From Coniocarpon cinnabarinum (Eukaryota), in contig JAVECO010000031.1 in NCBI GenBank assembly GCA_051942205.1, positions 1 through 64,000 of the forward strand: DNA of 64,000 nt, in the 5' to 3' direction. The translations under genes and the position numbers were made by a program. The notes under the pieces were generated by a model. It was not told where the DNA came from. It was given only the letters and a program-made list of their open reading frames with translations, and made no database searches. Below are positions 23,127 through 35,212 of the stretch, piece by piece; the first letter of the stretch is position 1, and every line of letters starts with the position of its first letter.

Positions 23127-25220
23127 ATGTCTGGCCACCAGGGCGCAAAAGCTCACCACCGAGCTTCCAGCTCGCGAGTGGTACCAGCCATTCCATTTGC
23201 TCTAGAGGCACGCTCTCGTCGCTCGGTTGACAAACCCAAGCCTTTGCAAGATGCAGAGCCTGCTTCAAAGACCGGACCCTCATCGGATCCTCGACCATGC
23301 CATGATGAATCCAGCTCGGCTATCGAAGGTTCTTATGACGCTCACATCGCAAAAACTTCCGCAGTAAACAATACAAATGCTCGCGAGGCAGTACCGGGAG
23401 ACCGTAGTTCTTCTGAATTACGTCTCCCTCAACATGTCCGCTCGAATAATGTTCAGCCCACCGAGCAAAGCTTTCGTTCGATATCAGGGCCGTCGCAGAC
23501 TTCAGAAAGAGAAGCGGTAACAGGAATGCAACAAGCGCCGAATGAAGAAGAGAGTGCACACGTTGGATCCTCAGGCAAGTCTCCAGGGCCTACATTACCT
23601 TCAATGCGATCTACTGCCCCTCCGCACCCAGATGCACCGCCCTTCATACCCAATGGCACGGCGAATTTTCCACCGGCTCCATACGTAGAGCCTCTATTCG
23701 CCCCAGAAGTGAATGAGTGGCAAAATGATTCTCAACGACCACAAGCCACAAGTGCACACGCATCCCGTGGGAGCCTCGAGATTCCTCCTGCAGAACTATC
23801 TATGGTGCCAGAGCAAGAGAGATCTCTCCACCATCGGTTTTCTCGAGAATATCCCTCCGCCTCTTTCCTTGGTACAGTCGCTGCAGGGCCCGGTAATCAT
23901 GTAGAAACAATCGACTCAAGTTACAGAACTATTGATGGGGCACAGCGGGGCAGCACCGATCCAGATGGCCGACTTGCATCTGCAGGTATTGATTTAAACC
24001 CTTCCCCCGAGCCAGCTGGCGAAGTTGCTTCGTTGTCACAAAGTTTGGTGGGACTTCCAGATCCTAAGATGGCCTTGATGACGGCTGCGTACCTCTGCGG
24101 TCAATTTGGAGCTGAGGAATTTGCAGACTGTGCTTTGCAGCTTTCTCACGCACAGGCATTGTTCTCTCCAGTCACCTTGCCAGCACATATCATCATCCTT
24201 GTTAGAAGTCCAAAATTTCGTTCAATTCTAAGTACACAGCATACAAAAGTTCAGGCGAGTGCTGGGAGAAAGCAGCTTCCTGTCCTCATCCGGGACCGAT
24301 TCTTGACCTATGAACGGGCATTGATCAAGGCCGTCGGTCGTCTCTATACTGGCATGCTTCCTGACCCACAATATGTCGTCAGTGATTTAGGCTTAAAGAC
24401 GTCAAGAGAATACATGCGCTTTGCTCTGTCCTTTGCTGCCTCTGGACACTTCTTGGAAATTGACGAAGTCATTGGCCAAGGGGTCAACCTGGTACACCAT
24501 TTCCTCGCGCTTGACACCCTTGAATTAGCTCTAGCCTTTGCTATTGACGGTGGAGTTGGTCCCTCGTGGCTGCCCCAGGATGGACCCAGCGAAGCAAGCG
24601 ATAGTAGCTTGTCGTCGTCTGAAGAATCAAGGCCGGAAAAGATGTCGCCTCGTGTGTTTGCGACTTACGGAGTGTACAGCGATGCCATACTGCGCGACAT
24701 CTTTAGTTGTCTGATCGGCTACGTTCGATCACAATTCACATTCGACACCAAAGCTCCGCAGTTTCAGGAATGTCCTCGCCTGCCACCCGCCCTCGAGCGT
24801 CATCGCACACGCTCAAGCTCTCGACTCACACTCATAAGATTTGGAGAAATGCAGGCAGAAGATGAGGGGAGCTTCGACTCGACGCGGCTTGCGCTGTCGA
24901 GTACGTTTCTTTCCCTGCCGTTCGTATTACTAAAACATTTTCTAGAGCATGGCATGCTTTGTGACAAAATGGGATCAAAGTTTGTTGCAGAACTCATGCA
25001 GTCTGTGATCAAGGAACGTGAAACAAGACGGAGAAGTGCCCTGGAGCGATCTGTCTCCCAACAGCCAGCATCCACAAATGACGACCAGCTGTGGGCAAAT
25101 CTACGATTCGCCGAAGGAGTGGAGGGTAGCCAACGCCATCCATGTGGCTATCGACTATGTTGCCATCGGCTGGGAGCCGATACGCCTGTCTCGACACATT
25201 CCTCGACACATCAAAGCTAA
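23127..25220 (+). CDS. Conserved hypothetical protein with a BTB/POZ-like segment
   Basis: ORF of about 700 aa with a disordered N-terminus, then FADCALQL...LPAHIIILVRSPKFRSIL (BTB-like). Confidence 0.7.
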   Translation: MSGHQGAKAHHRASSSRVVPAIPFALEARSRRSVDKPKPLQDAEPASKTGPSSDPRPCHDESSSAIEGSYDAHIAKTSAVNNTNAREAVPGDRSSSELRLPQHVRSNNVQPTEQSFRSISGPSQTSEREAVTGMQQAPNEEESAHVGSSGKSPGPTLPSMRSTAPPHPDAPPFIPNGTANFPPAPYVEPLFAPEVNEWQNDSQRPQATSAHASRGSLEIPPAELSMVPEQERSLHHRFSREYPSASFLGTVAAGPGNHVETIDSSYRTIDGAQRGSTDPDGRLASAGIDLNPSPEPAGEVASLSQSLVGLPDPKMALMTAAYLCGQFGAEEFADCALQLSHAQALFSPVTLPAHIIILVRSPKFRSILSTQHTKVQASAGRKQLPVLIRDRFLTYERALIKAVGRLYTGMLPDPQYVVSDLGLKTSREYMRFALSFAASGHFLEIDEVIGQGVNLVHHFLALDTLELALAFAIDGGVGPSWLPQDGPSEASDSSLSSSEESRPEKMSPRVFATYGVYSDAILRDIFSCLIGYVRSQFTFDTKAPQFQECPRLPPALERHRTRSSSRLTLIRFGEMQAEDEGSFDSTRLALSSTFLSLPFVLLKHFLEHGMLCDKMGSKFVAELMQSVIKERETRRRSALERSVSQQPASTNDDQLWANLRFAEGVEGSQRHPCGYRLCCHRLGADTPVSTHSSTHQS

Positions 25221-26639
25221 ATATAATACCTCAGCTGCCGCACACTTTGGATATGAACTCACGACGCTTAAGAAATGTAGACGATCTTGCATGTTGCATA
25301 GCCAGCGGGATGGCGTTTCAGCAGGGTTGACGTGAACCATGAAGACGCATGAGGGGTGGAGTCAAGCAGGGATAACGCTGGACGGCTTGAGGTTGCTAGA
25401 CCAGCTCTGCGTGGAACACGCCTGCAGCAAATGGCGGGGTCCTGCATTGATTGCGTGCCGCGGAGCCTGTATATTACCTACATATTCTACGCACGAAGTG
25501 ATTACCTGAGGCGAAGGCCGAACAACGACGTTGATGGACGATGATTGTCGAATATGGGTCGCGGTGCGTCTGTGCGTGTCTAATCTCATACCAACGCCGA
25601 TGACGTGCAGAGATCCCAGATTGTCTCGTGGCTGGGAGGCCAAAGTCTCCGAAGCGCAGTTCAGCAGGAGGGTCTGGACCGATGGCGCTGCGGGCGAGAC
25701 ACTCGCCTAAAAATGCTTGACTGTGGGCGCGCTCGATGCTGAAACGTCGCTACCTGTCAAAGCGCGAACCTTGCTAGGTGCAGATCACTCTTGTCCACGC
25801 TGTGACGCTGCGATGTGAAAGAGCCTCCATACATACCAGACATGGCCTGGCAAGATTCGCTCGACTCAATCAGCGGCACACGCGAGCACTGTGTCGCCTG
25901 GAAACGTCATCGGACGTTGCCCGATGGGTGCGATGAAATGAGGGTCAATTTCAGGACGGCACTGCTGGCGGCTACGCGAGAGGCGCAGGGCGTGCGACCA
26001 TTGGCCCGGGGAGAGAAGTGGTTCCGGAGGCCTCGAAGGGAACGGAACGCGCCAGGAAGAAGAAACTGCCGCGAAATGAGCAGTGCTGCACCCGGCACAC
26101 TCGGCAACGCGCAAGGCGATTGCGCGATCGAATGGCTGCTCTTGAAGTGCTTGGTCGGCGCTGCAAACGGGACGCGTGAGCAAGCGCAAGGAGCAGCGGA
26201 GGGCAGGTCGTGGCAGTGACTTGCGTTTGCGTGAGGAAGATGCAACATCGTCAACAGCAAGTCACACACACGCAGGCAGGCAGGGGTGTTACCTAGGTAG
26301 GCACAGAGCGCTAGAAGGGCTCAAAATCAGACGCGTGCCAGGAGTTGGCTAGCAAGAAGAACCTAGACGTCCTGCCCCGCTCTGCACCCTATCCCAAAAG
26401 TTTCTTCGTCGTCCGCGTGGGCGAGCAAGCGCCGATCGTGCAGCACATGTTGTTGGTGTTGGTGTTGCTGCTGTTGTTTGTCTGCTCCCCGGCAAAACGG
26501 CCAAACGGTCCACGGCCTCTCGCTTCCACGATTCAGAGTTGCCAAACGGGGACGGCACGCACCAGTCCTTCTAACGGGCTCGCCTCTCGAGGGCGGTCCA
26601 GTTCCAATGGAGGGCCGCATTGCGTTGGCCGCGGACCCA

Positions 26640-26656
26640 ATGGATGGATGGATGGA
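26640..26656. repeat. (ATGG)4 microsatellite
   Basis: Sequence atggatggatggatgga. Confidence 0.8.
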
Positions 26657-27270
26657 CCCAGATGCTGGCAGTGGGGGGATAATGGGTGTCGTGGGTGTCT
26701 ACAGCACACCGGATCGCAGCGAGCTGTTGCGTAGATGGAGCTGCCCGGAAGACCTGCTGAAACGGCCCCCGCGCCTCACCGCTTTGGGCATGGCGCGTGT
26801 TCACTCTGCCCCCACCTGCAAGCACCCCTGAGTTCCTGCTCGTCTTGGCAGGCACGTGTCCAATCAGCGTCGTTTGCCTTCATCAGGAACAGCCTCCAAG
26901 GTCAGGTACAGCCGGGGAAAAAAGGGACGTCTCTTGCACGCCACACGCGTCCTCTGCTGCCGACTTCCCCTGATCCCGCCCCTCGACGCGCCTCTTTCGC
27001 GTCGTCCAACTGTAGCCGTGACTTGTGCCATAGATATCTGGTGGACATCCACTGCTGCACTGGAGCTTGGCACTGCATGGCTGACCGTGTGTCTTTGATG
27101 ACGCTCAGGCATGCGCGACGGCCAGCAGCTTGGGCAGATGGTCCAGGAGAGACGCAAGGGGAGACGTCAGGAATCAAAGACAGCGGCTAGCACGGAAAGA
27201 GACTAGCGCGTTTGAGGTGCAGCGCATCTGGGTGGCCCGTGCGCTGCGGTGAGCGGAAGGCCGGTCCTTG

Positions 27271-27300
27271 CATTCCCATTCCCATTCCCATTCCAATTCC
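27271..27300. repeat. (CATTCC)5 imperfect hexamer microsatellite at the start of a pyrimidine-rich leader
   Basis: cattcc x4 followed by aattcc. Confidence 0.85.
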
Positions 27301-28147
27301 ACCCTTCGGCGCCCAAATCGTCAGATCCAACCTCTGCTTTGGCTCTCATCCCAGACACAACCCTCACCTTCTTCACCCCGTCCCTCTTCTCTCTCCACCC
27401 ACCTACCTACTCACTTACTCACCTGCCCTCTCTTGCTTGCCTCCCCAGCCCACGCTCTTTGAAAATTCCCTTCACTCCTTCAATATCATATCGGCTGGCC
27501 TGTTCATTCCGCTCCGCCCTTCCCGACTGTTCCTTGCAACCACCCACACCACTTCCTCGTCGCTCATTTCGATTCTCTGTTTGCCACAGTCCTCAGGCGC
27601 ATTCTGGTCACCCTGGGTCTTCACCCTTCTTTCCTCTCAAAATCAACCCTCTCAACCCTACACCTCACACCTGCATCTCATCACGCCACTTATTCTCCGC
27701 AGTCAGCGAGCCTTGACACTTTCTGTTTCACCTGTTCCTCTAACCTCCCGACCCTTCTTTTGAAACACAGCTTGGTCCTCTGTCACCTCTTCCCTGACTC
27801 GATCTTCTGACAAGAGACGAGCCCGACTTCGCGGAGAATCCGCTGTCGACACGAGCCATTGCTTCACTATTGCCTGGACGACCTACTTCCGAGCCTGATC
27901 TAGTCTCGGCCTTGCACATCACATACCGTGCCAATTTACACCGCGGACGCTTCTCCAATTATATCTGTCATGACATGACGTGCGCTTTTGGTTATATCAA
28001 CGATAACTGTATTGCAGCTCCGGCCGCTTCCATCCCCTACGTGTTAGGATCAGCCGTCGACCTCTGACGCGAGCCGGCACACCATCAACTTGGTCTAACC
28101 GTGTGCACCTCAACTCCAACTTCCATCACGCAAGACCAAGATTCATC

Positions 28148-31100
28148 ATGTTCAAGTCCAAGGCGAAAAAGATCGATGAGCTACCCGAACGCTCCCAGAC
28201 GCCACAACCTGCCAAGTCGAAAAGAAGGCTGTTCGGAAGAAAGAAGGATGAAGCTGAACCGGTTCTGAATGTCGACTTGACGGTCGCTCTCCCACCCAGT
28301 GATGACTTCCGGACCAGCTTGCTCATGAATTCTCTCTCGACCCGTTTCAGCATGCTTCGTGAGCAGGATGATCCCAATTCCATGTTAGGTAAAGCCAACG
28401 ATGACAGCGTCCTGCACTCGCATCGCAAATCCCGATTGGGAGGTTTCATGGGTACTGGTCTTTCTGACATTGATGAAGTAGCTTCCATCAGTGGCTCGAT
28501 ACGCCCTCCCTTCGCTGCCAGTGGCCGTTCGGCTTCCTATACTACAGATGCCTCCATCGCCACTGCAGATGACGACTCATCAACAAATGGCAGTATCATG
28601 AGCAGATCACGTCCTGGTGAAGGGAATATGTTATTTGGTGGCCGCCAAAAAATCTACAAAATTCCTGTGGGTGACGCTGGCGCTGTCAGCAATCTGGGTG
28701 GACAAGAACAGCGAGGAATGAAAGGCCGCGCGCTGTATGAGGACGACGTACACACTTCCGCGTTTCAAAAATATCGCGAGGAGGAGAAGCGCGCTGAACG
28801 CGAGCGCCGACTTGAGGAACTGGAACGCGACATGTTCAATGACGATGTAGCCAACGGCATGCTCAATTCACCGTCTCTTTCGGCCTTTGACGAGAAGCGA
28901 GGTACCACTTCTTCGACTGGCTCCGGTCCATCCCGGATGAGCGGGTCGACCACCGCAACTTCGATAGCCTCTCACGGCCCCAACAGTGGTGTGAACGCCA
29001 TCTCACCCATTGCCAACGGCCCCCAAAGCGCAGGGCCCGGAGCGCTCGCTCGTTCAAATTCCCGCAGACTGTATGACACCAATCTGGATCAGAACATGTA
29101 CGATCAACAATCTGCAAACCTCACTCGCATGACGTCGATGCAACGCAAGACTTCCTTGAACGCCCCTGCTTCTCGACAGTATCTCCATGGCACTCGAAGC
29201 GCAACGAATTTGAGGGAGAGGTTTGGGCCGCCGGCGTCTTCAGAGTCATCACGTGCAGCCAGTCCCTTGCCCCAGCATCCAAACGGGGAGAAGCTCACGA
29301 CATTTGACAATTCCAAGTCTCCCACTTTGGGTGGTCATAGTCCAGTGTCGCCGGTCTTCAACGACCCGGACAATCCCCTCAATCAGGCTGTGGATGTCCG
29401 CGACCGAGGAAAGGCTACTGCCTTGGGTCAATTCAATCGGCCGAAGCAGTTTGATGAGCAACAGTTCCTTCAGCGCCAACAGTCCCTTCATCAACAAAAC
29501 CTTCAAAACCAACGCAGTGGGACCGCGTCCCCAATTCATTTCAGCAACCGGTTCGGCAATGACGGCCGCCGGCCATCTGGCGACAGAAAGCCATTTTTTC
29601 CGCCACGATACCAACATGAAGAAGCGCGTTCTCGTGCAGGCTCCGCGCAGAGTGATCGCTCCTTTGTTGCTCGTCCACGTGCGGGCACGGGCCGAAGCGA
29701 TGCACGCCCCACGGTCGATACTCGGCCCCGCAACGGCACATACACAAACGATCCCTCACGACCCTCATTCGAAGCTCGATCGGCTAATCGCAGTGGCGCC
29801 TCTTCGCCTGCTCCTCATCGAGTCCATGGATCGACACAAGGATCGACACAAGCTGGTCGGCAAGGGCCGTTGCCACGCAATGGGCGCGCTCCTGTTCCCC
29901 AGCCCATCTCTACACGAAATGCATTTGACCCGGCAGCTCAAAACTCTTCAGCGACACCCATTGAGAGTCCTCTATTAGGCAGGGAGTCTCCGGCAGGCGA
30001 CTCCTCTGCCGTGGAGTCGCCGTCCATGGATCCGCTCGCTCGAGCATCACCAAAGATCAGCTTGGAACGGGGGACAGAAGACGACGTGCCTGCGCCACTA
30101 TTACGAAGCCCACCGCAGCTTCAGGATCACCCCGCTTTTAGAACAGCCAAAGCGGACACGCCGCCTTTAAGCCCGTTCAGCCCACCTGCCAAAGACGAAA
30201 GACGAAAGGCTATGTCGCCAGCTGCGGGCGTGGACACTTTCAAGCCACCACCTTCTCGGGACAACGAGCCCGCTTTGCCTCAAATTGGGATCGACGGCGC
30301 CCCTGACACCCCTCCGACGGATGGCTCTGCGTCTCCTCATCAGCTTAATGGACTGATTCGCTCGCATTTGCGCGAAATCAGTAGTAGTTCTTCTATCTAC
30401 CCCAACCAAGAGGACAATCATCGCCGATCCCAGATGTTGGATCAGGATTCGTCGACGATTTCTAAAATCATTAATGAGGATGTCAATCCTTGGCTAGCTG
30501 GTGGCGAGCCGGGTCCTCAGACTGACGATAACCCGGAGAACATTGGTGTAGCTGTCAGCGGTCCCTCAGTGCCCACTCAGCCTCCAGTCCATCTAGCGGC
30601 TAAACCCCGTGCAGGCGAGGTTGACGGATTAATGAACAATTTGAGCAAACAACACTCGCGGGAAATCAGTGCCGAGACTCAACGAGAGCGCCAACTCTTT
30701 GCTGAAGACTTGCGCACTCGGCAGAAGGCGATTCAGGAAAACATGCGCTTGCGCAATGAATTTGCACCTCGGTCACAAAGTCCCAGCAGCAGTGTCAAAG
30801 AGCGGCAACACATGTTCGAAAAGCCATTCGCTATGCTGCGCAAGTCCTCAAGCCGTGAAGACATAGCTCGCAAAAAGGCTGGGCTTGGAATATCAGCACC
30901 AACCCCACAGATGAATGGTCATGGTCGAAACACGCCAAACGGTACCTTGAGGCCAGGTCCTCCTCCACCAAACGGGCGAATCTTGCACATGCGTATGCCA
31001 GAAACCCCAAGGCACAGTGAAGAGAGCATGCGTGGACGCAGCGCATCACAACCTCGCAATCCCAACGCTCCATCCGAGCCCATGCCTGCTCTTCCACGAC

Positions 31101-32053
31101 GAACACCACCTCAGTCAGGGCGGACGTCAACATCAACCGACGGCCCCTCAAGCCGGCAATCTGAGGCTGGGAGCGATATTCGACGAAGCGACTTTCCCTC
31201 CGCCTTTCAGTCCGCGAATGCATCCGCACGGCCGAGCTTGGAGACCATGCGACAACGAAGCGATAGTAGCGCCATGAACCGTACTGCGCCTCCGCTGCCA
31301 TCGCTGCGTGCCACTGCGCCACCAAACTCAGCTCGTCCGCCCATGGCTGCCATGAGCTCAACTTCAAGTAACCCCTCGACCACCACGGTCAGCCCTGCGC
31401 CATCTGGTGTGAATTCGCCTCCTCTAACCAGCACGTCCATGTCTTCGCCCGATCTCTGGGGCGAAACCAACACATCCCTCTCTCAGATCAAGCATTCCAA
31501 CACTGCTCCAGTCGTCCCTTCAACCTTACCGGCGAGCACCTACAGTTTCCCACCGCGTGCTGACAAGGATCGCCCTGCGGCTGTGATTCGTCGCGCAGGT
31601 CGTTCTGCCACGATCAACAAGAACGACATTTCTAGCCCGACCTTGATCAGCTCCACCAGCAACTTCGAGACGGTTGAACTCGAGGAGAAGCGTGCGCAAC
31701 TTCAAGCACGAGCATTTGCCAACATCAGTCCCCAACTCAACCCACCTCCGAATCGAAGCTTGCCTGCTATTCCTCAGGCAGCACCCAGTCCAACCCGCCG
31801 TGGCTTCTTCGGTCGCAAGTCGAATGAGTCCGGTCGTGTCAGCGGTGAAGACAGCAGTGGTGACTCGGCTGTGACCAAGAAGTCGAAAGATTCCGAGGAG
31901 GATGAATTTATGACTAGACCTGGTGGTGGTCGTCTGCGTATCCGCAAAGTCAGCAGCGAAGGTGGTGGTCTCAACCATAGTCGCAAATTCGAGGCCGTCA
32001 GTGCTGGCTTGGTGGAAGGTGAAAGTGATCGCATTGCAGGTGGGATGATCTGA
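28148..32053 (+). CDS. Large, mostly disordered Ser/Pro/Arg-rich conserved fungal protein (~1300 aa)
   Basis: Uninterrupted 3.9-kb ORF. The N-terminal block LPPSDDFRTSLLM..LSTRFSMLREQDDP..LGKANDDSVL and LFGGRQKIYKI recall conserved Pezizomycotina hypothetical proteins. Confidence 0.85.
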   Translation: MFKSKAKKIDELPERSQTPQPAKSKRRLFGRKKDEAEPVLNVDLTVALPPSDDFRTSLLMNSLSTRFSMLREQDDPNSMLGKANDDSVLHSHRKSRLGGFMGTGLSDIDEVASISGSIRPPFAASGRSASYTTDASIATADDDSSTNGSIMSRSRPGEGNMLFGGRQKIYKIPVGDAGAVSNLGGQEQRGMKGRALYEDDVHTSAFQKYREEEKRAERERRLEELERDMFNDDVANGMLNSPSLSAFDEKRGTTSSTGSGPSRMSGSTTATSIASHGPNSGVNAISPIANGPQSAGPGALARSNSRRLYDTNLDQNMYDQQSANLTRMTSMQRKTSLNAPASRQYLHGTRSATNLRERFGPPASSESSRAASPLPQHPNGEKLTTFDNSKSPTLGGHSPVSPVFNDPDNPLNQAVDVRDRGKATALGQFNRPKQFDEQQFLQRQQSLHQQNLQNQRSGTASPIHFSNRFGNDGRRPSGDRKPFFPPRYQHEEARSRAGSAQSDRSFVARPRAGTGRSDARPTVDTRPRNGTYTNDPSRPSFEARSANRSGASSPAPHRVHGSTQGSTQAGRQGPLPRNGRAPVPQPISTRNAFDPAAQNSSATPIESPLLGRESPAGDSSAVESPSMDPLARASPKISLERGTEDDVPAPLLRSPPQLQDHPAFRTAKADTPPLSPFSPPAKDERRKAMSPAAGVDTFKPPPSRDNEPALPQIGIDGAPDTPPTDGSASPHQLNGLIRSHLREISSSSSIYPNQEDNHRRSQMLDQDSSTISKIINEDVNPWLAGGEPGPQTDDNPENIGVAVSGPSVPTQPPVHLAAKPRAGEVDGLMNNLSKQHSREISAETQRERQLFAEDLRTRQKAIQENMRLRNEFAPRSQSPSSSVKERQHMFEKPFAMLRKSSSREDIARKKAGLGISAPTPQMNGHGRNTPNGTLRPGPPPPNGRILHMRMPETPRHSEESMRGRSASQPRNPNAPSEPMPALPRRTPPQSGRTSTSTDGPSSRQSEAGSDIRRSDFPSAFQSANASARPSLETMRQRSDSSAMNRTAPPLPSLRATAPPNSARPPMAAMSSTSSNPSTTTVSPAPSGVNSPPLTSTSMSSPDLWGETNTSLSQIKHSNTAPVVPSTLPASTYSFPPRADKDRPAAVIRRAGRSATINKNDISSPTLISSTSNFETVELEEKRAQLQARAFANISPQLNPPPNRSLPAIPQAAPSPTRRGFFGRKSNESGRVSGEDSSGDSAVTKKSKDSEEDEFMTRPGGGRLRIRKVSSEGGGLNHSRKFEAVSAGLVEGESDRIAGGMI

Positions 32054-32550
32054 AGCGGATACGCTTGTTCGTTGAGCGTCGTTGTTGACCACTCCGTCGA
32101 ACAACTTCGATTCACTATCAACCACGATTCATGCAGCCCCCTTTGTGGGCTAGCCCTTCTTGAAAATTTGCACGGCTTCCCATTAGATGCCACGGTAGTA
32201 TGCGTTGTCATTCTGGAACAACGTATGGATTTACGAACGGTCTGTTTAACTAGATTACCAGGACATTTGTCCTTTATGTGTGGACACATCAACTACTGTG
32301 ATAATGGTAGTCTATAGTTCACTGTTTGTATAACGGAATCAAAAAGCCCAGTCAAGCATACTTTTACTTCCAGTGTCACTTGACTTATTTCTGCTTTGAT
32401 ATCGATTGATTTTCTATAGCCCAGCCGCCCGTTCAAGTCCCCTTTTCATCTGCAAAGAAAATATGTTTCGACACCCTGCCGTCCCAATATCCTTAACGAC
32501 CAGCTCTCATTGTGGGTACCTGTACTTTGTACCTCGGCGCAGGCGCCGCG

Positions 32551-34328
32551 ATGCCAAAAGTCCATCTGCTTGACTATGTAGCCGGAAACATTCGTAGTCT
32601 AGTCAATGCGATTGAAAAAGTTGGGTACGAAGTCGAGTGGATCCGAAGCCCACACGATGTGCAAAAAGCGGATGTGAGTGCTACTCCGTAGATGTGGCTC
32701 GAAATTTCCCAAGGAAGTCAGGGGGAGACAAAAATCAATGCTTCCGCCTTGGAAATAATAACAGAGTCTTCAAGACGGGCTAATGATATGTCTAGAAACT
32801 CATTCTACCCGGTGTAGGACATTTCGGCCACTGCCTTTCGCAACTTTCCAGCGCCGGGTATACCGAGCCCCTTCTCGCCCACATCAAAGCCAATAAACCT
32901 TTCATGGGCATTTGCGTCGGTCTACAAGCACTCTTCGCGTCATCTGTCGAGTCCCCGTCCGTCGCTGGCTTGAGTCTCATCGACGAGCATCTCACGCGCT
33001 TCTCCGATGCAGATAAAGCCGTGCCACATATCGGCTGGAACTCAGCCAATCCCGCTTCTGCTTCTGATTCAGCAGATTTCAGCATCTATGGTCTGAATCC
33101 GCAGAGTAAGTATTACTACGTCCACAGCTATGCCGCGCCCTACGAACCTGGCAAGCTTGAAGCCCTGGGATGGAAAGTAGCAACCGCGCAGTACGGCTCC
33201 GAACGATTCGTGGGCGCGCTTGCGAGAGAGAATCTTCTAGCGACGCAGTTCCATCCCGAGAAGTCAGGTGCCGCGGGTTTAAGAGTGCTGAAAGCCTTCC
33301 TGGATGGATCCTTTTCCCAACGACTCAGCGCTGATGGGACCGGAAATGACCTCAAGGTGGAAGAAGGTCTCACGCGCCGCGTTATTGCCTGTCTCGATGT
33401 TCGCACGAACGATCAAGGCGACCTTGTCGTCACTAAAGGGGATCAGTACGACGTCCGTGAGAAGAGCGATGGCGGCGCTGTCCGCAACCTTGGCAAGCCG
33501 GTCGCCATGGCGCAGCGGTATTATGAGCAGGGCGCAGACGAGGTCACGTTCCTCAACATTACGTCGTTCCGGAACTCGCCTCTCCAGGATGCGCCTATGC
33601 TTGAGGTTTTGCGACAGACGGCTAAGACCGTCTTCGTGCCGCTCACAATCGGCGGCGGGATTCGCGACGTCACTGAGCCTGACGGCACCATTATTCCTGC
33701 CGTCGAGGTGGCAAATCTTTACTTCAAGAGCGGCGCGGACAAAGTCAGTATTGGCTCCGATGCTGTTCTGGCCGCTGAAGAATACTACGCCAGTGGCAAA
33801 CGTCTCAGTGGGAAAACAGCAATTGAAACCATCTCGCAGGCTTACGGCAATCAAGCCGTAGTCGTCAGCGTCGATCCGAAAAGGGTCTACGTTGCAAACC
33901 CCCAAGAATCATCCCATCATACAATCCCGACGAGATTCTCAGGACCGAAGGGCGAGGGGCACATCTGGTACCAATGCACCACGCGCGGCGGCCGCTCCGA
34001 ACACGACCTCGACGTCATCCAACTCGCGACCGCCGTCCAAGAACTGGGCGCCGGCGAAATCCTCCTCAACTGCATCGACCGCGACGGGACGAACCGCGGC
34101 TTCGACCTGGAGCTGATCGCGCACGTCAAGAGCGCGTGTTCGATCCCCGTGATTGCGAGCAGTGGCGCGGGCGTGCCTCAGCATTTCGTCGAAGTCTTTA
34201 GGGAGACGCGGACGGATGCTGCGTTGGGGGCGGGGATGTTTCATCGGGGGGAGTATACGGTTACGCGGGTGAAGGAGGTTTTGCGGGGGAGTGGATTGCG
34301 TGTGCGAGGTGTAGAGAAGGATATCTAG
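32551..34328 (+). CDS. HIS7: Imidazole glycerol phosphate synthase HisHF (exons 32551-32673, 32796-34328)
   Basis: [29 protein letters not shown] (catalytic Cys) and QFHPEKSG, followed by the cyclase motifs RVIACLDVR and LLNCIDRDG. Confidence 0.98.
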
Positions 34329-34663
34329 CTTTGCGGCTACACCGGGAGAAGAATACGATTGAAGAGTCCCGCGAGAGCAGGTGATTGAAGTCGGTGCACT
34401 ACGTCTGTGGCCTGACGATGCAAGTTGCATGCGATAGTATCGAAGAAACCGCCTACCTCCCCGGACGAGTGGCGATGCAAGTGTATGCGATTCGGTACAA
34501 GTAGAGTCCACGCCCATGTGCGGAAGGTTAGGAGGGCCGCTCCACATCTTCATGGTGCTTTGTTTCGAGCAAAAGAAAAACGCAAGATTGGAACATCCAT
34601 GGCACTTGCACTCGGCACTGATCGCAAGACACCCAGCTAGAGGTATTCAAAGCCAATGCATTC

Positions 34664-34667
<4 letters not shown>

Positions 34668-34694
<27 letters not shown>
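34668..34694. repeat. Poly-T tract (27 T)
   Basis: Direct count of the homopolymer. Confidence 0.95.
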
Positions 34695-35149
34695 GGGTCG
34701 AAACCCCTTCAAGAAATATGCAGCTTGGGAATATGATTCTTTGACCAAGAACGAACTAATGCATGCGACAGCAACTTGCAGAGCTTGATGACCTAGGCTG
34801 TTTGTTCACTGATCCAGCGGCAAGACACCGAGAGGAGACCAAGTTACATTGCTAGATGACCATCATCAGCGAATTCTCGACAAGAACTATATCTGGCCGC
34901 AGGATTCTCCCTGACGAACCCTCCACTCAGTTCTCGTAAATACATACTGCTAAAGTTTGAGCTGTGTATGTTGTTTTTTTTCCCTTCTTTTTTGGTTGTT
35001 TTTGGTGAAAGAGACACTGTCGAGTTCGAGTTGCTATAAGCTGGTGTACATACATAAGAATCCACAACTATTGATAGCAACACCTTCCTTTGAGCGTTCG
35101 CAAAAGCACGAGACGATTTTCAGGATCATGCGATATTGGTCCGTGCACT

Positions 35150-35212
35150 TTTATACCCACTTGTAGTTCTGAGCTGCCACCATGGCGCTTCAAAACTACA
35201 AGTAGGTATAAA
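35150..35212. repeat. Imperfect inverted repeat / hairpin (~25-bp arms)
   Basis: TTTATACCCACTTGTAGTTCTGAGC...GCTTCAAAACTACAAGTAGGTATAAA, with 2 mismatches and 1 indel between the arms. Confidence 0.85.

Noticed and set aside
25815..27763. Many overlapping 100-180 aa ORFs on both strands
   Set aside because: Expected by chance in GC-rich or pyrimidine-rich sequence poor in stop codons. No domain or consistent codon pattern.
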